Positions 1-16,164 of a stretch of DNA of 64,000 nt are shown here, one piece after another. The position numbers were made by a program, and so were the translations under genes. The stretch is taken from NCBI GenBank assembly GCA_951406725.2, contig OX597833.1:67084001-67148000 (forward strand), in the 5' to 3' direction. How positions within the stretch are numbered: the stretch's first letter is position 1; every line of letters begins with the position of its first letter. The stretch comes from Octopus vulgaris. Taxonomy: Eukaryota. The notes under the pieces were generated by a model. It saw nothing but the letters and a program-made list of their open reading frames with translations. It was not told where the DNA came from and searched no databases.

Positions 1-390
1 CCTACACGTTTGTATATGTATATATGCAAATATATGCATATGTATTTATATATACATGTATACACCTATATGTGCATATATACAAAATATATACATATAT
101 ATATATATATCCACATAAGTTCACATAAGTTCATATATATATATATATATGCATATATATATATATATGAATATATATATATATATATTTAATATTGTAT
201 TTACATACATACACGTTTTAATACATATGTGCAAATATATGCATATATACATATATATATATTTTATATTGTACCTACACGTTTGTATATGTATATATGC
301 AAATATATGCATATGTATTTATATATACATGTATACACATATATGTGCATATATACAAACTATATACATATATATATCCACATAAGTTCA
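1..390. repeat. Direct duplication in TA-rich sequence (1-~123 repeated at 274-390, offset 273)
   Basis: cctacacgtttgtatatgtatatatgcaaat...ccacataagttca occurs twice. Confidence 0.8.
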
Positions 391-817
391 TGTATTTGTA
401 GGCTTATATATACACGCATACATACACATACGGACACACGCTCGCACACACACACCTACTAATACATGTCACAATGTTATGTTAAAAGTTAAAGATCATG
501 TCAAATCTTAGTTTAAAAAAATAAATATTAATATAATAGAATATTTAGATTTACACAATTACATTTCAATACTAAGCAACAGATATAAGAAACATGAACC
601 AGTGATGGAGATGCGTTAATTCAATGAACATTCGAAATATACCTCTTCGGTGAGCTGGCAGAGCTTGAAGAGCATCGAATAATTAACTTGTGCACATCGT
701 ATTTGAGCTGTTTCGCACTGATTTCATATACTGCTAAGATTAAATTTGATCTTCAATTATTTATCAGTAAAGCATTAGTTTTGTAATGGAACCTCTTCGA
801 TATGTATATTTATATAC

Positions 818-861
<44 letters not shown>

Positions 862-1155
862 GAGAGAGAGAGAGAGGAGATAAATACAGTGTACATTTAA
901 ACACATAAGAGGCATCCATCATTAGGACTCCTTGCACGCTAGAGAGAACAGTTAGATGCTAAACCACTATTAGGGATAAATTTTCTAAGGGAATGAAAAA
1001 TATAAACATTTGCCATCTAAACCCTGGACCAACGGTTTCAGACTTGCCTTAGGGAATCGGGAAAAATTAGATAGATACATACACACACAGACAATTAGAT
1101 AGATAGACAAACAGACATATAGACAGATATAACTATATAGATAGATAAATAGATA

Positions 1156-2029
1156 GAGTGGGAGAGGTTTATTTTCAATGAGATGTGCTCAATACACTGA
1201 AATTTCATTACAAAGCATTTTTCTCTTCCCCGTCCTCCTTTCTTTTTCTCTTTTCATTGTGTACCTATTGATATATCTGCAAATAAACACAATTAAACAC
1301 AATTTCTCACAAGGCCAAGTGACCTTTAAAAGATTTCAGTTTTAGGAAATAGTAAAAAAAATACCAAAAGAGGGTGGTTGCGGTCATCCTTGAAAACAAA
1401 GTTCAAAGTTCAAAGTACTATGTTAATGTTTATTCCTTTACACTTGTATAGTCAAGTCCCATATTTTGCGTAATTCAATGGTTTGCATGAACAAACATTA
1501 AATATTAGTATAATATTCCTAAATTAGGAAAATAAAGTCAGACTATAAAAAATTAATTTGGTACTGTTGATAATTCAATCAAATCTTTATGTACATTCAA
1601 TCAATAGATTGAATTATAAACAGTACCAAATTAATTTTTTATAGTCTGACTTTATTTTGCTAATTTAAGAATATTATACTAACAGTTCATGTTTGTTCAT
1701 GCTAAACATGGAATTACAGAGAATACGGGACTCGACAATACAAGTGTAAAGGAATATACGTTTTCATAGGACTTTGAACTCTTTTTTTTTTATTTTTCAG
1801 AGGTGAACGCATCCTCCCCACTTTTGCTGTTTTTTTACTAGTTCCTAACATTGACATCTTTGAAAGGTCAACTGCGCTTATGAGAAAATGTGTTTATTTA
1901 CGAATATATTGATAGGTATACAATGAAAAGAAAAAAAAGAAAAAAGGAGAAAGAAAAAATGAAAAATTCTTTGTAATGAAATTTCAATGGATTGACCAAA
2001 TCAAATTGAAAAATAAACCTCTCCCCCTC
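1156..2029. repeat. Long inverted repeat (arms ~1156-1580 and 1607-2029, 26-nt spacer)
   Basis: Arms align as reverse complements by eye: inner 52 bp have 1 mismatch, outer parts are clearly more diverged. Flanking GATA/TCTA tracts extend the symmetry. Confidence 0.9.
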
Positions 2030-2733
2030 TCTCTCTCTCTCTCTCTCTCGCTATCTATCTATCTATCTGTATATCTGTCTGTCTGTCTATGTATCTTTCT
2101 ATCTACCCTTTCCCTATCTCTTATTATATTTTCTCCTCTTTCTTGATCGTCCAGAAACCCCTCCTCTCTCTCTCTCTGTCTATTCACCTCCTCTTTGCTT
2201 TTCTTTTTCTTTCCCCTTTTTTTTCAAAGAAACAGCATCTATATTCTCCCCTTTTAAAGACAGCAAAAAACAACCGATTCATATAAATGAACAAAGAAAC
2301 GTTATGTTTTTACCATTTTGAATTTCGTGTTGTCTTGACGAGTTTCATAAACGAACGAAAGCGCTAATAAAGAATTATCCAAATTTCTGACTGCCTCCTT
2401 TTTCTAAACGAGTTGAAAGTACCTAACGCCCTCTATTTATAGCATTGTTCTAATCAATTCCATGAGACTCTTGGTACCGTAAAATACGCCAATATATTTA
2501 CATATGTTGAATATTCTGATAGGAAGGAAATTCATTTCAATCTTAGAAGATTTCGACGGCTGCTTAGGAGGGTTCCGGTGATGTAAACATTTATACACAC
2601 TCACACACACAGACACACACACACACACACACACAAACACACACTCATATATGTATGTATATACAAACATACATACATATATATATATGCACTTACATGC
2701 GTACACACACATATATGGATGTATATACATATA

Positions 2734-3117
2734 CTAGCAGTATCGCCCGGCGTTGCTCAGGTTTGTAAGGGAAATAACTATAAAGCATTTTTAGAGAGTT
2801 ATAGCCAAAAAATAGCAAAAAAATGGAAAAAAAATTATGGTAAATTTTTTTGAGAGTTAAAAATGGTGGAGTTGCGTCCCCTAGACGGTCTGTGGTTTGG
2901 GTTTCTAATTCTCGACCCCATGTCGAATTTATCGATTGTTTTCAGAACTGGGGGAACTTTTCAAAATTTTCGCTGCGTTAGTTTTGAATTATGACATTGG
3001 GCTATGTGTGTGTCAAGTTTCATCAGAATCGGTTGAAAGCCGTGGTCAGAGTGAGGGTACGAGAAAACAGACACACAGAAACACGCACAGACAAACTGCC
3101 GTTTATATAGAGAGAGA
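2734..3117 (-). mobile_element. Non-autonomous Helitron
   Basis: Minus strand starts TC(TCTCTCTATATAAACGGCAG) and ends with a GC-rich hairpin remnant (cctgagcaacgccggg) followed by CTAG. Inserted between A and T with no TSD; CTGT-type tract near the 5' end. Confidence 0.75.
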
Positions 3118-3216
3118 TATGTACATACATACACATATATGTATGTATTTATATATATATATTTATATGTACGTTTAGGCACCTACGTATGAAATGAATA
3201 TATATATATATATATA

Positions 3217-3352
3217 TTTCTTTACTACCCACAAGGGGCTAAACATAGAAGGGACAAACAAGGACAGACAAACGGATTAAGTCGATTATATCAACCCCAG
3301 TGCGAAACTGGTACTTTATTTATCGACCCCGAAAGGATGAAAGGCAAAGTCG
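3217..3352 (-). mobile_element. SINE family B, 3' fragment
   Basis: gactttgcctttcatcctttcggggtcgat...ccccttgtgggtagtaaagaaa shared with the copies at 8762, 22858, 49871 and 52264. Confidence 0.8.
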
Positions 3353-3750
3353 TGAGGTAAACTTTTCCATGCTTGCATGGGTCAGACAGAATTGATGAGG
3401 CAAAATCTTCTATGGCCGTTTGACCATTCCAGTCAAAAATTTTCAATTGTTTTGGAAGAAGATAATATTTCTCCAATGCTAGGTAGGTTTTCACAGATTT
3501 TTGGAAAAGGATCATGCCAATTGTATGTGGGTCACACCCGTTTTACAACAATCACGTAATGTCAAGACGAACAGATACCAAAATACGCGCACACACACCA
3601 CACATACACACACGTACGTAAAAAGGGGTTTATTTCGATTCCATTTTACAAAACTAACTCAAATGGCTTTCGTAGGACACTCACTTTCCCAAGCTACCAC
3701 TGACTGGATCTGAAACTGTAACCGTGTGGTTTGAAACAAGACTTTTGAGC

Positions 3751-4144
3751 ATAAACGCATGAGCGGCTGTGGGGTAAGTAGCTTACTTACCAACCATATG
3801 GTTCTTGGTTCAGTCCCCTGCGAAGCACATTGGTCAAGTGCCTTCTACTTAAGCCTCGGACCGACCAAAGCCTTGTGAGTTGATTTGGTTGACGGAAACT
3901 GAAAGAAGCCCGTCGTATATATGTGTGTGTGTGTATGTGTGTATGTTTGCGTCTCTGTGTTTGCCACCCCCACATCACTTGACAACCGATGCTGGTGCAT
4001 TTACATCCCCGTAACTTGGCGGTTCGGCAAAAGTTGCCGATAGAATGAGTACTAGGCTTACAAAGAATAAGTCCTGGAGTCGATTTGCTCGACTAAAAGC
4101 GGTGCTCGAGCATGGCCGCAGTCAAATGACTGAAACAAGTAAAA
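3751..4144 (+). mobile_element. tRNA-derived SINE family A (~400 nt)
   Basis: tRNA-like head (gtggctgtgtggtaag...ggttcagtccc), CORE-like ttgggcaagtgtctt segment, internal (TA)/(TG) linker, gactgaaacaagtaaaa tail; more than 10 copies in the window. Confidence 0.9.
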
Positions 4145-4737
4145 TAGATACCGTCATTCATGCGGTGTAAAGGAAGCAAAGAACCGAACCTTGTAGTGTC
4201 AGTCCCCTAAAAAATTGATTCTTGGGTAAACATTCGATCATTTGGAATGGACCAATATTCTCACATAACATCAACTGTAGACATATTCTGTTTACTAAAC
4301 TCACACAAAACAGGAAGAAGTTACAAAAACGTAGTCCAGGAACGAGTATAATTTTTATATTCCATGTCAAATTTTGCAGTAAAAATTCATGTACTAATTA
4401 ATAACGTGCAGATTAATAATCTGGAAAGTAATTAATTAAGACACACACGCAACACACACACATGCGCAGAGAACACGCAATCAAGCATCGAGACGTATAC
4501 TAAATACGTTTTTCAGTTCATGAAAACAATAATAATATGTGACAAACACACACACACACAGACACATGTATATATGTACGCACATGTGTATGTGTGTGCA
4601 CATACATAAGTGTGTGTGTGTGCACGTATATATATATGTATGCATGTATGTATAAGCACATATTTATGATATCATGTTTGCCTTTTGGCAAAGATCAAAG
4701 GATATGTACGCACTCACACTTACACACATACACACAC

Positions 4738-4817
<80 letters not shown>

Positions 4818-4950
4818 ATATATATATATATAGTATGTGTGTAAATGTATCTATGTACACAGATTGCTAGAATGATACGCTACTTATATATATACATATG
4901 TATAGGCATATGTATATACATATATGTATATATATATATGGATATATATT

Positions 4951-4983
<33 letters not shown>

Positions 4984-5100
4984 GCGGGTGTGTGTGTATA
5001 TGAATATCAGTCTATATAGCTATCTATCTCTCTATTTCTCGCTCTGTCTCTCTGTCTCTTTCTCACTATATCTATATTTATATATATTTTTTTCTAATTT

Positions 5101-5171
<71 letters not shown>

Positions 5172-5762
5172 GCGTATATATACGTATATGTGCGAATATA
5201 TCTCTCAGTTTGCGTGTCTATGCGTTCATTCCCATATATCTCTGTGTGTCTATGTGCGTGTTGTTGCTTACATGTACTAGCGTCTGTTTCGTGTATGTAT
5301 GTGTATGTAATATGGAGGAATATGAAATTAAGAAAAAAACAAACACATCAGAAGAATATGAATTTATGTTTTATATTTTTTATCTTAGAAGAAGACATGT
5401 CTTTTATGATAGTTTTTTTTTCTTGTTGGTTTTATTTAGGTTTTGTGATAACATGTCTTGTCGCACACTTACTTTCAGCACAATTAATATTTTAATCTTT
5501 TAAAATTAATTTCCAATTAGAAAATTTGATAAAACACATAAGAACAAGTTACACACACTCGCTTCTCCATTACCGCCGCCATGCAGAAAACTAGGCAAAC
5601 AAAACAAAACAACCCAGTATATATATATAAAAAATATATATATATACATACATATATATATAAACACACCCACATATATATATACACACATATATACACA
5701 CGTATATGTACATATATGTAACTAGGAAAAAGAAGAAACAGTATATATATACATATATATAA

Positions 5763-5813
<51 letters not shown>

Positions 5814-5934
5814 TTTGTGTGTCTGTGTGCGTGTGTGTGAAAAATAAGTAAAAGATAAAATATATGAACAATCTGTTACAAAAAAAAATGTTATTTGCGA
5901 ATTTATTAATTTGAAAATCAAAAGTTGGTAACAA

Positions 5935-6078
5935 AAATAATAATTGTAATAATAATAATAATTGTAATAATACTAATGATAATAATAATAATAATAATAA
6001 ATAATAATAATAATTGTAATAATAATAATAATAATTGTAATAATAATAACAATAATAATAATAATAATTATAATAATA

Positions 6079-6140
<62 letters not shown>

Positions 6141-6192
6141 TATAATGATAATAACAATAATGATAGCAATAATAATAACAACAATAATAATC

Positions 6193-6232
<40 letters not shown>

Positions 6233-6335
6233 TGATGATGATGATGATGTGAATGAGAATGATTGTGATGGGGATGATGATGATGCTGACGACGACGATG
6301 GCGAAGGCGATGATATTAACTAATAATAATAAAAA
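5935..6335. repeat. (AAT)n/(GAT)n compound microsatellite
   Basis: Direct reading. Confidence 0.95.
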
Positions 6336-6468
6336 TAATAAACTTACATATGAAAAAGTAAATAACGTTAGAAGATTCAGTTTTCGTTTGGCATCAGTAC
6401 GTATGCTCATGTATATAGTGGGTATTTGTTGGTAAATGTGAGCGTTCATATATACATACATACATATA

Positions 6469-6549
<81 letters not shown>

Positions 6550-6987
6550 ATATATAGATATACGTTTATAGATAAATGTAAATATTTATATTTATACACC
6601 TATGTATGCATATATGTTACATATGTGCGTCTATATATGTGTGTGTATTCGTGTGTGTGTGTATATATATATAAATATGTGTGTGAGTGTATATAAAGAT
6701 GCATACATATATTTAATAAATAATGAAGTAATTGTCTCGTATATATCATTTACATCGGAACTGTTCGCTTGCGTATTGTCTACCACTACTACTACTACTG
6801 CTACTACTACTACTACAACCACCAACAGCACCGCTATCACAACTACACATTACAAAGAATCTTTAATACAAGAAAAATAACCTATATGAAAATTGCAAAC
6901 AAAAGGAAAATAATAAAATCAATTAATTTTAATCATTCATTGGTTGATTAAATCAAAACAATATTGAATATATTGGAAATACTTAGC

Positions 6988-6988
<1 letters not shown>

Positions 6989-7047
<59 letters not shown>

Positions 7048-7196
7048 TAAAAATAATAATAATGATAAAAATAATAATAATAATGATAATATTAATAATA
7101 ATAATAATAATAGTAATGATAATAATAATAATAATAATAATAATGATAAAAATAATAATAATAATGATAATATTAATAATAATAATAATAGTAATG

Positions 7197-7257
<61 letters not shown>

Positions 7258-7401
7258 TAATAATAACAACAATAATAGTAATAATGATAATGATAATAAT
7301 ACCAATAATGACAATAAAAAAAAAATTATAATAATAATAATAAAAAAATAATAAAAATAATAATAATAATGATAATGATGATGACGATGATGATGATGAT
7401 G

Positions 7402-7481
<80 letters not shown>

Positions 7482-7485
7482 AAAA

Positions 7486-7533
<48 letters not shown>
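6989..7533. repeat. (AAT)n microsatellite, ~540 nt
   Basis: Direct reading. Confidence 0.95.
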
Positions 7534-7534
<1 letters not shown>

Positions 7535-7764
7535 TTTCATTTTAATTTCGATTTCTTTCAGACATGTTTGTATTGATTTATTGTCTTTTCTACATTTTTA
7601 TTATTTTTCATTTTAACGTATTAGTAATACTAATTGATTGAAATTTTGGCTGTAATTTTAGGGGGCAGGTGGTAATTGATTACATGAAACTTATTACTTC
7701 ATCGGTCATTAAGTAGACTTACATATAGATTATATATATATACATATATGCAGACACAAACACG

Positions 7765-7813
<49 letters not shown>

Positions 7814-8233
7814 TTCTTATTTGTATTTGGTTTACAAGATTCATGATGTGAATTAGTGTGTTGAAAGAAATTCAATATATATAGTGAAGGATTAAAATTA
7901 ATCATGGTACATACAAAGTATGTCTACATGCTGGAAATAGCAATCAAATGTCTTATTTAAATTGCCAAAATACACTGAAAATAACTACAGAAATCAACTG
8001 TCGAAACATGCTACGATCTCTCTGCATACACTCAAGTATTTGAACTCATGTGGACCGGTTTCTGGATTGGGATAATAGCCTCACCTTCCTCGGCAATCGC
8101 TTATATTACTGTTTACGTTATTATCATTTTAAAATTGTTACACTAGATAATAATAGAATCAGTGATATCTTCGCAAATTATTTTCCTGTGAATAATTTTT
8201 CTCGTGAATTATTTGCTCCGTACTGAAATCATA

Positions 8234-8303
<70 letters not shown>

Positions 8304-8439
8304 AATACATATATATATTTATTTATTTATATATATATATGTATTTATATATATATATATTTATATATATATTTTGCTCTTTCACTTGTTACTGCGGATA
8401 TGCTCTGCGTGTGCCTCTTTAGTGCTAGTTATTATACGC

Positions 8440-8762
8440 TGGCCCTCCGTCGGTTACCACGAGTAGTGTTCCCGTTGACCATCAGATCAACGGAACAGCC
8501 TGCTCGTCAAAGTAACATGCAAGTGACTGATTATTCCACAGATACGTTGCTGAGCATTCTACTGACACGTGTACCCTTAATTCGTGTACTTTTAGTTCTC
8601 AGAGAGATTAAGCTTGACACACAATGTGACAAGACAGGTACCTTCGACTGCGAGTACAATTCATTTACGGCAGTTGCGTCGACTGGAGGAAAGAGAAAGT
8701 GTCTTGCTCAAGGAAACAAAGCGCCGCCGGGAATCGAACTCATGAACTTACCCTAACCACTA
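8440..8762 (-). mobile_element. SINE family C, diverged
   Basis: gatcaacggaacagcctgctcgt...acacgtgtacccttaa matches the 51730-52109 copy. Confidence 0.7.
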
Positions 8763-9125
8763 CGTTAGCATACCGGGCGAAATGCTTAGCGGTATTTCAT
8801 CTGCCGCTACGTTCTGAGTTCAAATTCCGCCGATGTCGACTTTGCCTTTTATCCTTTCGGGGTCGATTAAATAAGTATCGGTTACGCACTGGTGGTGGAT
8901 ATTATCGACTTAATCCGTCTGCCTGTCCTTGCTTGTCCTCTCCGTGTTTAGCCCCTTATGGGTAGTTAAGAAATAGGTATTTCGCTCGTCGCTAGGTTCA
9001 GAGTTCAAAATCCGCCGAGGTCGACATTGCCTTTCATCCTTTCGGGGTCGATTAAATAAGTACTAGTTACGCACTGGGGTCGATATAATCGACTCAATCC
9101 GTTTGTCAGGCCTTGTTTGTCCCCC
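8762..9125 (+). mobile_element. SINE family B, dimeric copy
   Basis: Two tandem gttctgagttcaaattccgccgaggtcgactttgcc units; B-box-like GAGTTCAAATTCC. Confidence 0.85.
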
Positions 9126-9544
9126 CTTAAAATGTTAGGCGTATAGTAGAAATACCTATATATAGGTATTCATTGAAACGCACACACACACTCACACACA
9201 GAAACACACATATATACACAAATATCTACACCCTACATACACTCACGCATACACACACACGCACGAGCACATGCACACACACACACACATATAAAGCTAT
9301 CTCTGTACAAAATTAGTCGCCATAACGGAATTTAGAACTTGCAAAAATTGCAATTAAAACTGAAACATTGTTATAATGAGTAGAGTAGAACAGTATACAA
9401 ATTTCGTTCACGATTCTATAGGTATGTGCCGGTGGTTAAAGAGCTTTCTGCCCAACTATTTGGCCTGGGTTCACTTCAACTGCTTAGCATAATGGGCACG
9501 CGTGTGTGGTTTTAAAAGAAAGAGAGACCGTTGTATATATATAT

Positions 9545-9948
9545 AGTGGCTGTGAGGTAAGTAGCTTGCTTACCAAATACATGGTCTCCTGTTCAGTCCC
9601 ACTGCGTGGCACCTTGGGCAAGTGTCTTCTACTGTAGCCTGACGAAAATCATTGTGAGTGGATTTGGCAGACGGAAGCTGGAAGAAGCCCGTCGTATATG
9701 TATGTATATATATATATATGTATATATATATATTTATATGTATATGTGCGTGTATATATGTTTGTGTATCTGGTTGTCCCCGCCCCCCAGCATCGCTTGA
9801 CAACCGATGGTGGTGTGTTTACGTCCCCGTAACTTAGCGGTTCAGCAAGAGATACCGAAGCTCGGTGGCCGATTTGCTCGACTATAAAGGCGGTGGTCCA
9901 GCATAGCCGCAGTCAAATGATTGAAACAAGCTAAAAGAGTAAAGGAGT
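9545..9948 (+). mobile_element. SINE family A
   Basis: Same head, body and tail as the other family A copies. Confidence 0.9.
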
Positions 9949-10090
9949 ATATATATATATATATATATATACAAAAAGCAATAAAGATTCAAGTTAATTT
10001 AAATGAATTTACTTGAATATGGTACCTAACTTAGATGCACCAAAAAAAAACTATACTGATTTAACAATACAGTAATGTGGGTGATTATAA

Positions 10091-10234
10091 GCGAGAATGA
10101 AGCAACAAGAATGGATAGGTTTTAGTACAATCGTTTCATACAAGGACAGGCTTTTTTTGCAACTTTTAATAAAGCCTGTCCTTGTATGAAACGATTGTAC
10201 TAAAAACCTATCCATTCTTGTGCTTCATTCTCGC
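10091..10234. repeat. Inverted repeat (64-bp arms, 16-nt loop) inside a (TA)n-flanked element spanning ~9972-10234
   Basis: gcgagaatgaagc...ggacaggcttt / aaagcctgtcc...gcttcattctcgc. Confidence 0.9.
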
Positions 10235-10481
10235 GTATATATATATATATATAATATTCTTTAAGTTTTTATTTTCTATTACAGCTCGGCCAAACTGGAG
10301 CACTACCAGTAGTTTTGCTACAAGTTTATTACCTAAAACGTCTTCTCATTTGTGGAATTTTGGGAATGTTAGATGTTGTTGCCCTCATCTGTATTTCCTG
10401 CCATGAATTAGGTTCACCCGCGAATTAGATTCGCAACAGGAGGATATCCAGGCTTGGTGCATACACCCACTACATATATGA

Positions 10482-10546
<65 letters not shown>

Positions 10547-10639
10547 TAATCCAAACAAGAAAGCACATAAAAACACAACGAGAGGACGTGGAACAAATAT
10601 GGTATTATTGGACGCTCGGGAAAGAAGGAAAGAAGGAGG

Positions 10640-10674
10640 GTTTAACGTTTCGAGCGGAGCTCTTCGTCGGAAAC
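10640..10674 (-). ncRNA. Minimal type I hammerhead ribozyme motif (variant core) in a (TA)n-flanked element at 10543-10751
   Basis: Minus strand GUUU-CCGACGA-A-GAGC-UCC-GCUC-GAAACGUU-AAAC: stem I guuu/aaac, stem II gagc/gcuc, palindromic AACGUU in place of stem III. Confidence 0.65.
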
Positions 10675-11318
10675 ATAGGAGAAGGAAAGATCCAGAGAAG
10701 GGAAGACAGAGGAAAAAAAATCGCCAACGGTACACATGAGGTCACATTTTGAATATATATATATATAGATATATATACATTCATATTAATATTCAATATA
10801 AATGTGCATATAATTAAACATAAACGCATACGCATGTATATATTCACATATATGCACTAACATAGATGCACCGACTCGACATAGACACATATACATTCAT
10901 AAACATGCGTGTAAGTATATTTTTCGGTCTGTGTATTTGCGCGTGCACATTTTTGCGAGTGTATATGTGTGAGATTTTGTGTACATGCGCTCTCCTGTGC
11001 CTGTATACTTATGTTCCATTTGCTCGATTCATTGTCAACGTATTTGGGAAGTTCTTAGTAGTTTAATCTGGATTTAGTGTGGGTGCAGCGCTGAAGCACT
11101 GAGATGTTTATTACCGTCTTATGGATTATTATGTAGAAGGCAGTGACCTTTCACCGGATATATCTCGTCAATGTCACTGTGGGTATTGATTTTAGTTGGT
11201 TTAGCGTTATGTAGGGTTGGCGTCGAAATTCTTATGACGAGTGTCGAGAATGACAGGAACATCTCTCTCTCTCTCACTCTTTCTCCTTTCCTTTTGTCTC
11301 TTGCTATATATTCCTATA

Positions 11319-11390
<72 letters not shown>

Positions 11391-11430
11391 ATATACATGC
11401 ACATATATATATACATGTATATATACATAC

Positions 11431-11486
<56 letters not shown>

Positions 11487-11834
11487 GCATATCTATCTAC
11501 CTATATATCTACGTTTGAACATACATACATGCATACATGTATATGTACATATATGCATATGTACTTACATATCTATCTATATATAAATATATATATATAC
11601 ACATTTATATATATGTAAATATATACGTGTGTGTGTGCGTGTGAACAAATTTATAAGCGCAGCGTCTGTCGTTATTCCACAGAAAATTAATTCGCGAACG
11701 AATAAGTGGGCTTGTGTGTGAATATGTGTGTGTGTTCATATACATTATCTATGCTTTGTCCTTAATGAAATACTCGGCTGTTTTTCTTTCTTTGTGCAAG
11801 TATATATTTTCAGTTAAGTTCATGTGTGATGAAC

Positions 11835-13540
<1,706 letters not shown>

Positions 13541-13559
13541 ATATAATAAAAATAATAAC

Positions 13560-13624
<65 letters not shown>

Positions 13625-13719
13625 TAATAATGATAATAATAGTGATAACGATGATGACGTTGTTGATGTTGATGATGATAGTGCTACTACCGCTGATAAA
13701 GATGGTAGTGATGATAATC

Positions 13720-13759
<40 letters not shown>

Positions 13760-15071
13760 GGATGATGATGATGATGGTGATGATGATGATGATGATTAAT
13801 ATGCGAAATATAATAACACACATTTCAAATTATTTACATACAACATTGAAGAGAACTGTTATTTTTATAATTTTTTTACTCTTTAAGTTCGCAAATATTT
13901 GTTTCAAATTCTATCACCAGTAAAATATATTTATTTCAGCAAAAAGAAAAGAAAAATAAACCCAAAAATCTTTAAAAAAAAAACTCGCGCAATGAATGTC
14001 TACTTGACTCGAAAAGCAATTTCTCACACTTGCACTACATGGAAATTGTAAGTGGTTATTGAATTGAAAAATAATCTCCTGCTTCGCGTGTTTGAAGCAA
14101 AAGGGAAAAAGCTCCCTTAATATACATCATATGCTATTGAAAAATCTCTCGCTAACGTTAGTAACAAACGCACTTGCATGCTTTCATTTACCATATTTGG
14201 ATAGTGGTAAGAAATTAAGAAATACACATAGATATACGCTGATAATTATATTACCGTTAATTAGAATAGGGAAGCGCAGGTGAGAGAGTAAATCACTTCA
14301 ATAAGTGCCACAGAAATAAGGGATTCTCGCTTCATATTACTCATATTCAAATCCCGCTACAGTTGCACATTTTATGTGCGTATGATTCTATGTATGTTAT
14401 GTATGTATGTGTACATGTACATGTATGGTTGTATGAATGTATGTATTTTGGGATGTATGTATTATATGTATATACATATAGGTGTGTGCATGTATATATA
14501 TATATATATATATTTGTATGTATGTATATATATATATGTATATATACATATGTATATATACATATATATATTTGTATGTATATATATGTATATATATATA
14601 TATATTTGTATGTATATATATATATGTATATATACATATATATATTTGTATGTATATATATATGTATATATATATATGTTTGTATGTATATATATATGTA
14701 TATATATATATATATTTATATGTATATACACCTACATACATACAAACACGTCTATATGTATATATATTGATACATCCACAAATACAAATATATATACATG
14801 CATACATCCATACACGTACATATACAAGCATATGTCCATAACATACAAACATACATACATATATCCATAACATAACATACATACAATCATACATACATAC
14901 ATATATACACAAACACACACATAGAATGAGCACCTGTAGCAGGATTTCACGATGAGATATTGAAAATCAAAAGGCGCCCCTTCTGTGGCAATTATTGAAG
15001 CGATTTTTTCGCCCACCTGCGTTTCCCTATTCTAATTATATACATGTATACCATATACATACATACCTACC

Positions 15072-15121
<50 letters not shown>

Positions 15122-15127
15122 CACACT

Positions 15128-15320
15128 TTTATTCTTTTAATTGCTTCAGTTATTTTGACTGCAGCCAAGCTGGAGCACCAATCGTACCCAGGATTTTTTC
15201 TTTCTCAGCCTAGTACTTATTCCATCGGCCTTTGTTGCCGAACGCTAAATTACGGGGATGTAAACACACCAACATCGGTCGTCAAGCTATGGTGAGGGAA
15301 TAAACGTAGACACAGAAGCA
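15128..15320 (-). mobile_element. SINE family A, 3' half
   Basis: gctggagcacc...ccgaacgctaa...gtaaacacacc match. Confidence 0.75.
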
Positions 15321-16164
15321 TACATATATAGGAGAAGAGGAAGAAGTGCATGACAAAAAACAAAGAAAACAAGAATAGAAGGAGTGGATAATGAAGAAGG
15401 AAAAGAAGGAAGAGGAAGAAAAGAAGAGGAAGCAAAAAAATTGAAGAGGAGTAGGATGAAGAGGAGGGAGAGAACAACAGCAGCCAACTTTAGTAACATA
15501 GACAACAGCAAGAACAGCAACAGCGGGAATAAAATCTTCAGCAACAAAAGGAAAAACAACAGCCGAAACAGTCTGAAATTTGAGCCAAATCAAATAAGAC
15601 GGAGCTAGGACAGTAGGGGTGGTTGAAGCTATTAAAGGAGTTATGGCCGAAATTAGGAATGGGGTCAAGTGGAGGGAGGGACGGAGCGAGAGAGAGGTGG
15701 CGCTGATGGTGCTGGTGAACTAAAAATTATTTTTGTAGAAGGCAGTTAAAATAATCACAAGAGACAAGATATTTTGGAACCGATCGTTACGATAAGGGAT
15801 CGTAGATAATTGACGCTGTTTAATCTTCTTTCTCACACCACACCCCCAGTGTGTTTGTATGTGTGTATGTGCATGCGTGTGTATATGTGTGTGTGTTAGA
15901 ATGTGTATATACAATATATGAAAATAGCTGCCATATTGCAAGGCCTAGTAACATGTTGAAACGAACAATGTTTATCATAAAGACCAAGCTGTTTAATCAG
16001 TATCGTTATACAATATATCGAACGAAGCTAGGCCTATGATATTTTAACGGTGTTGCTTGTATACAGTAAAAACGTACAATAAAAATCGATTTTGGAAATC
16101 TAGTACTTGATAAAGACAAACATCGCATAGATATGTACACCGGAGGCACACAAACACACACAGA

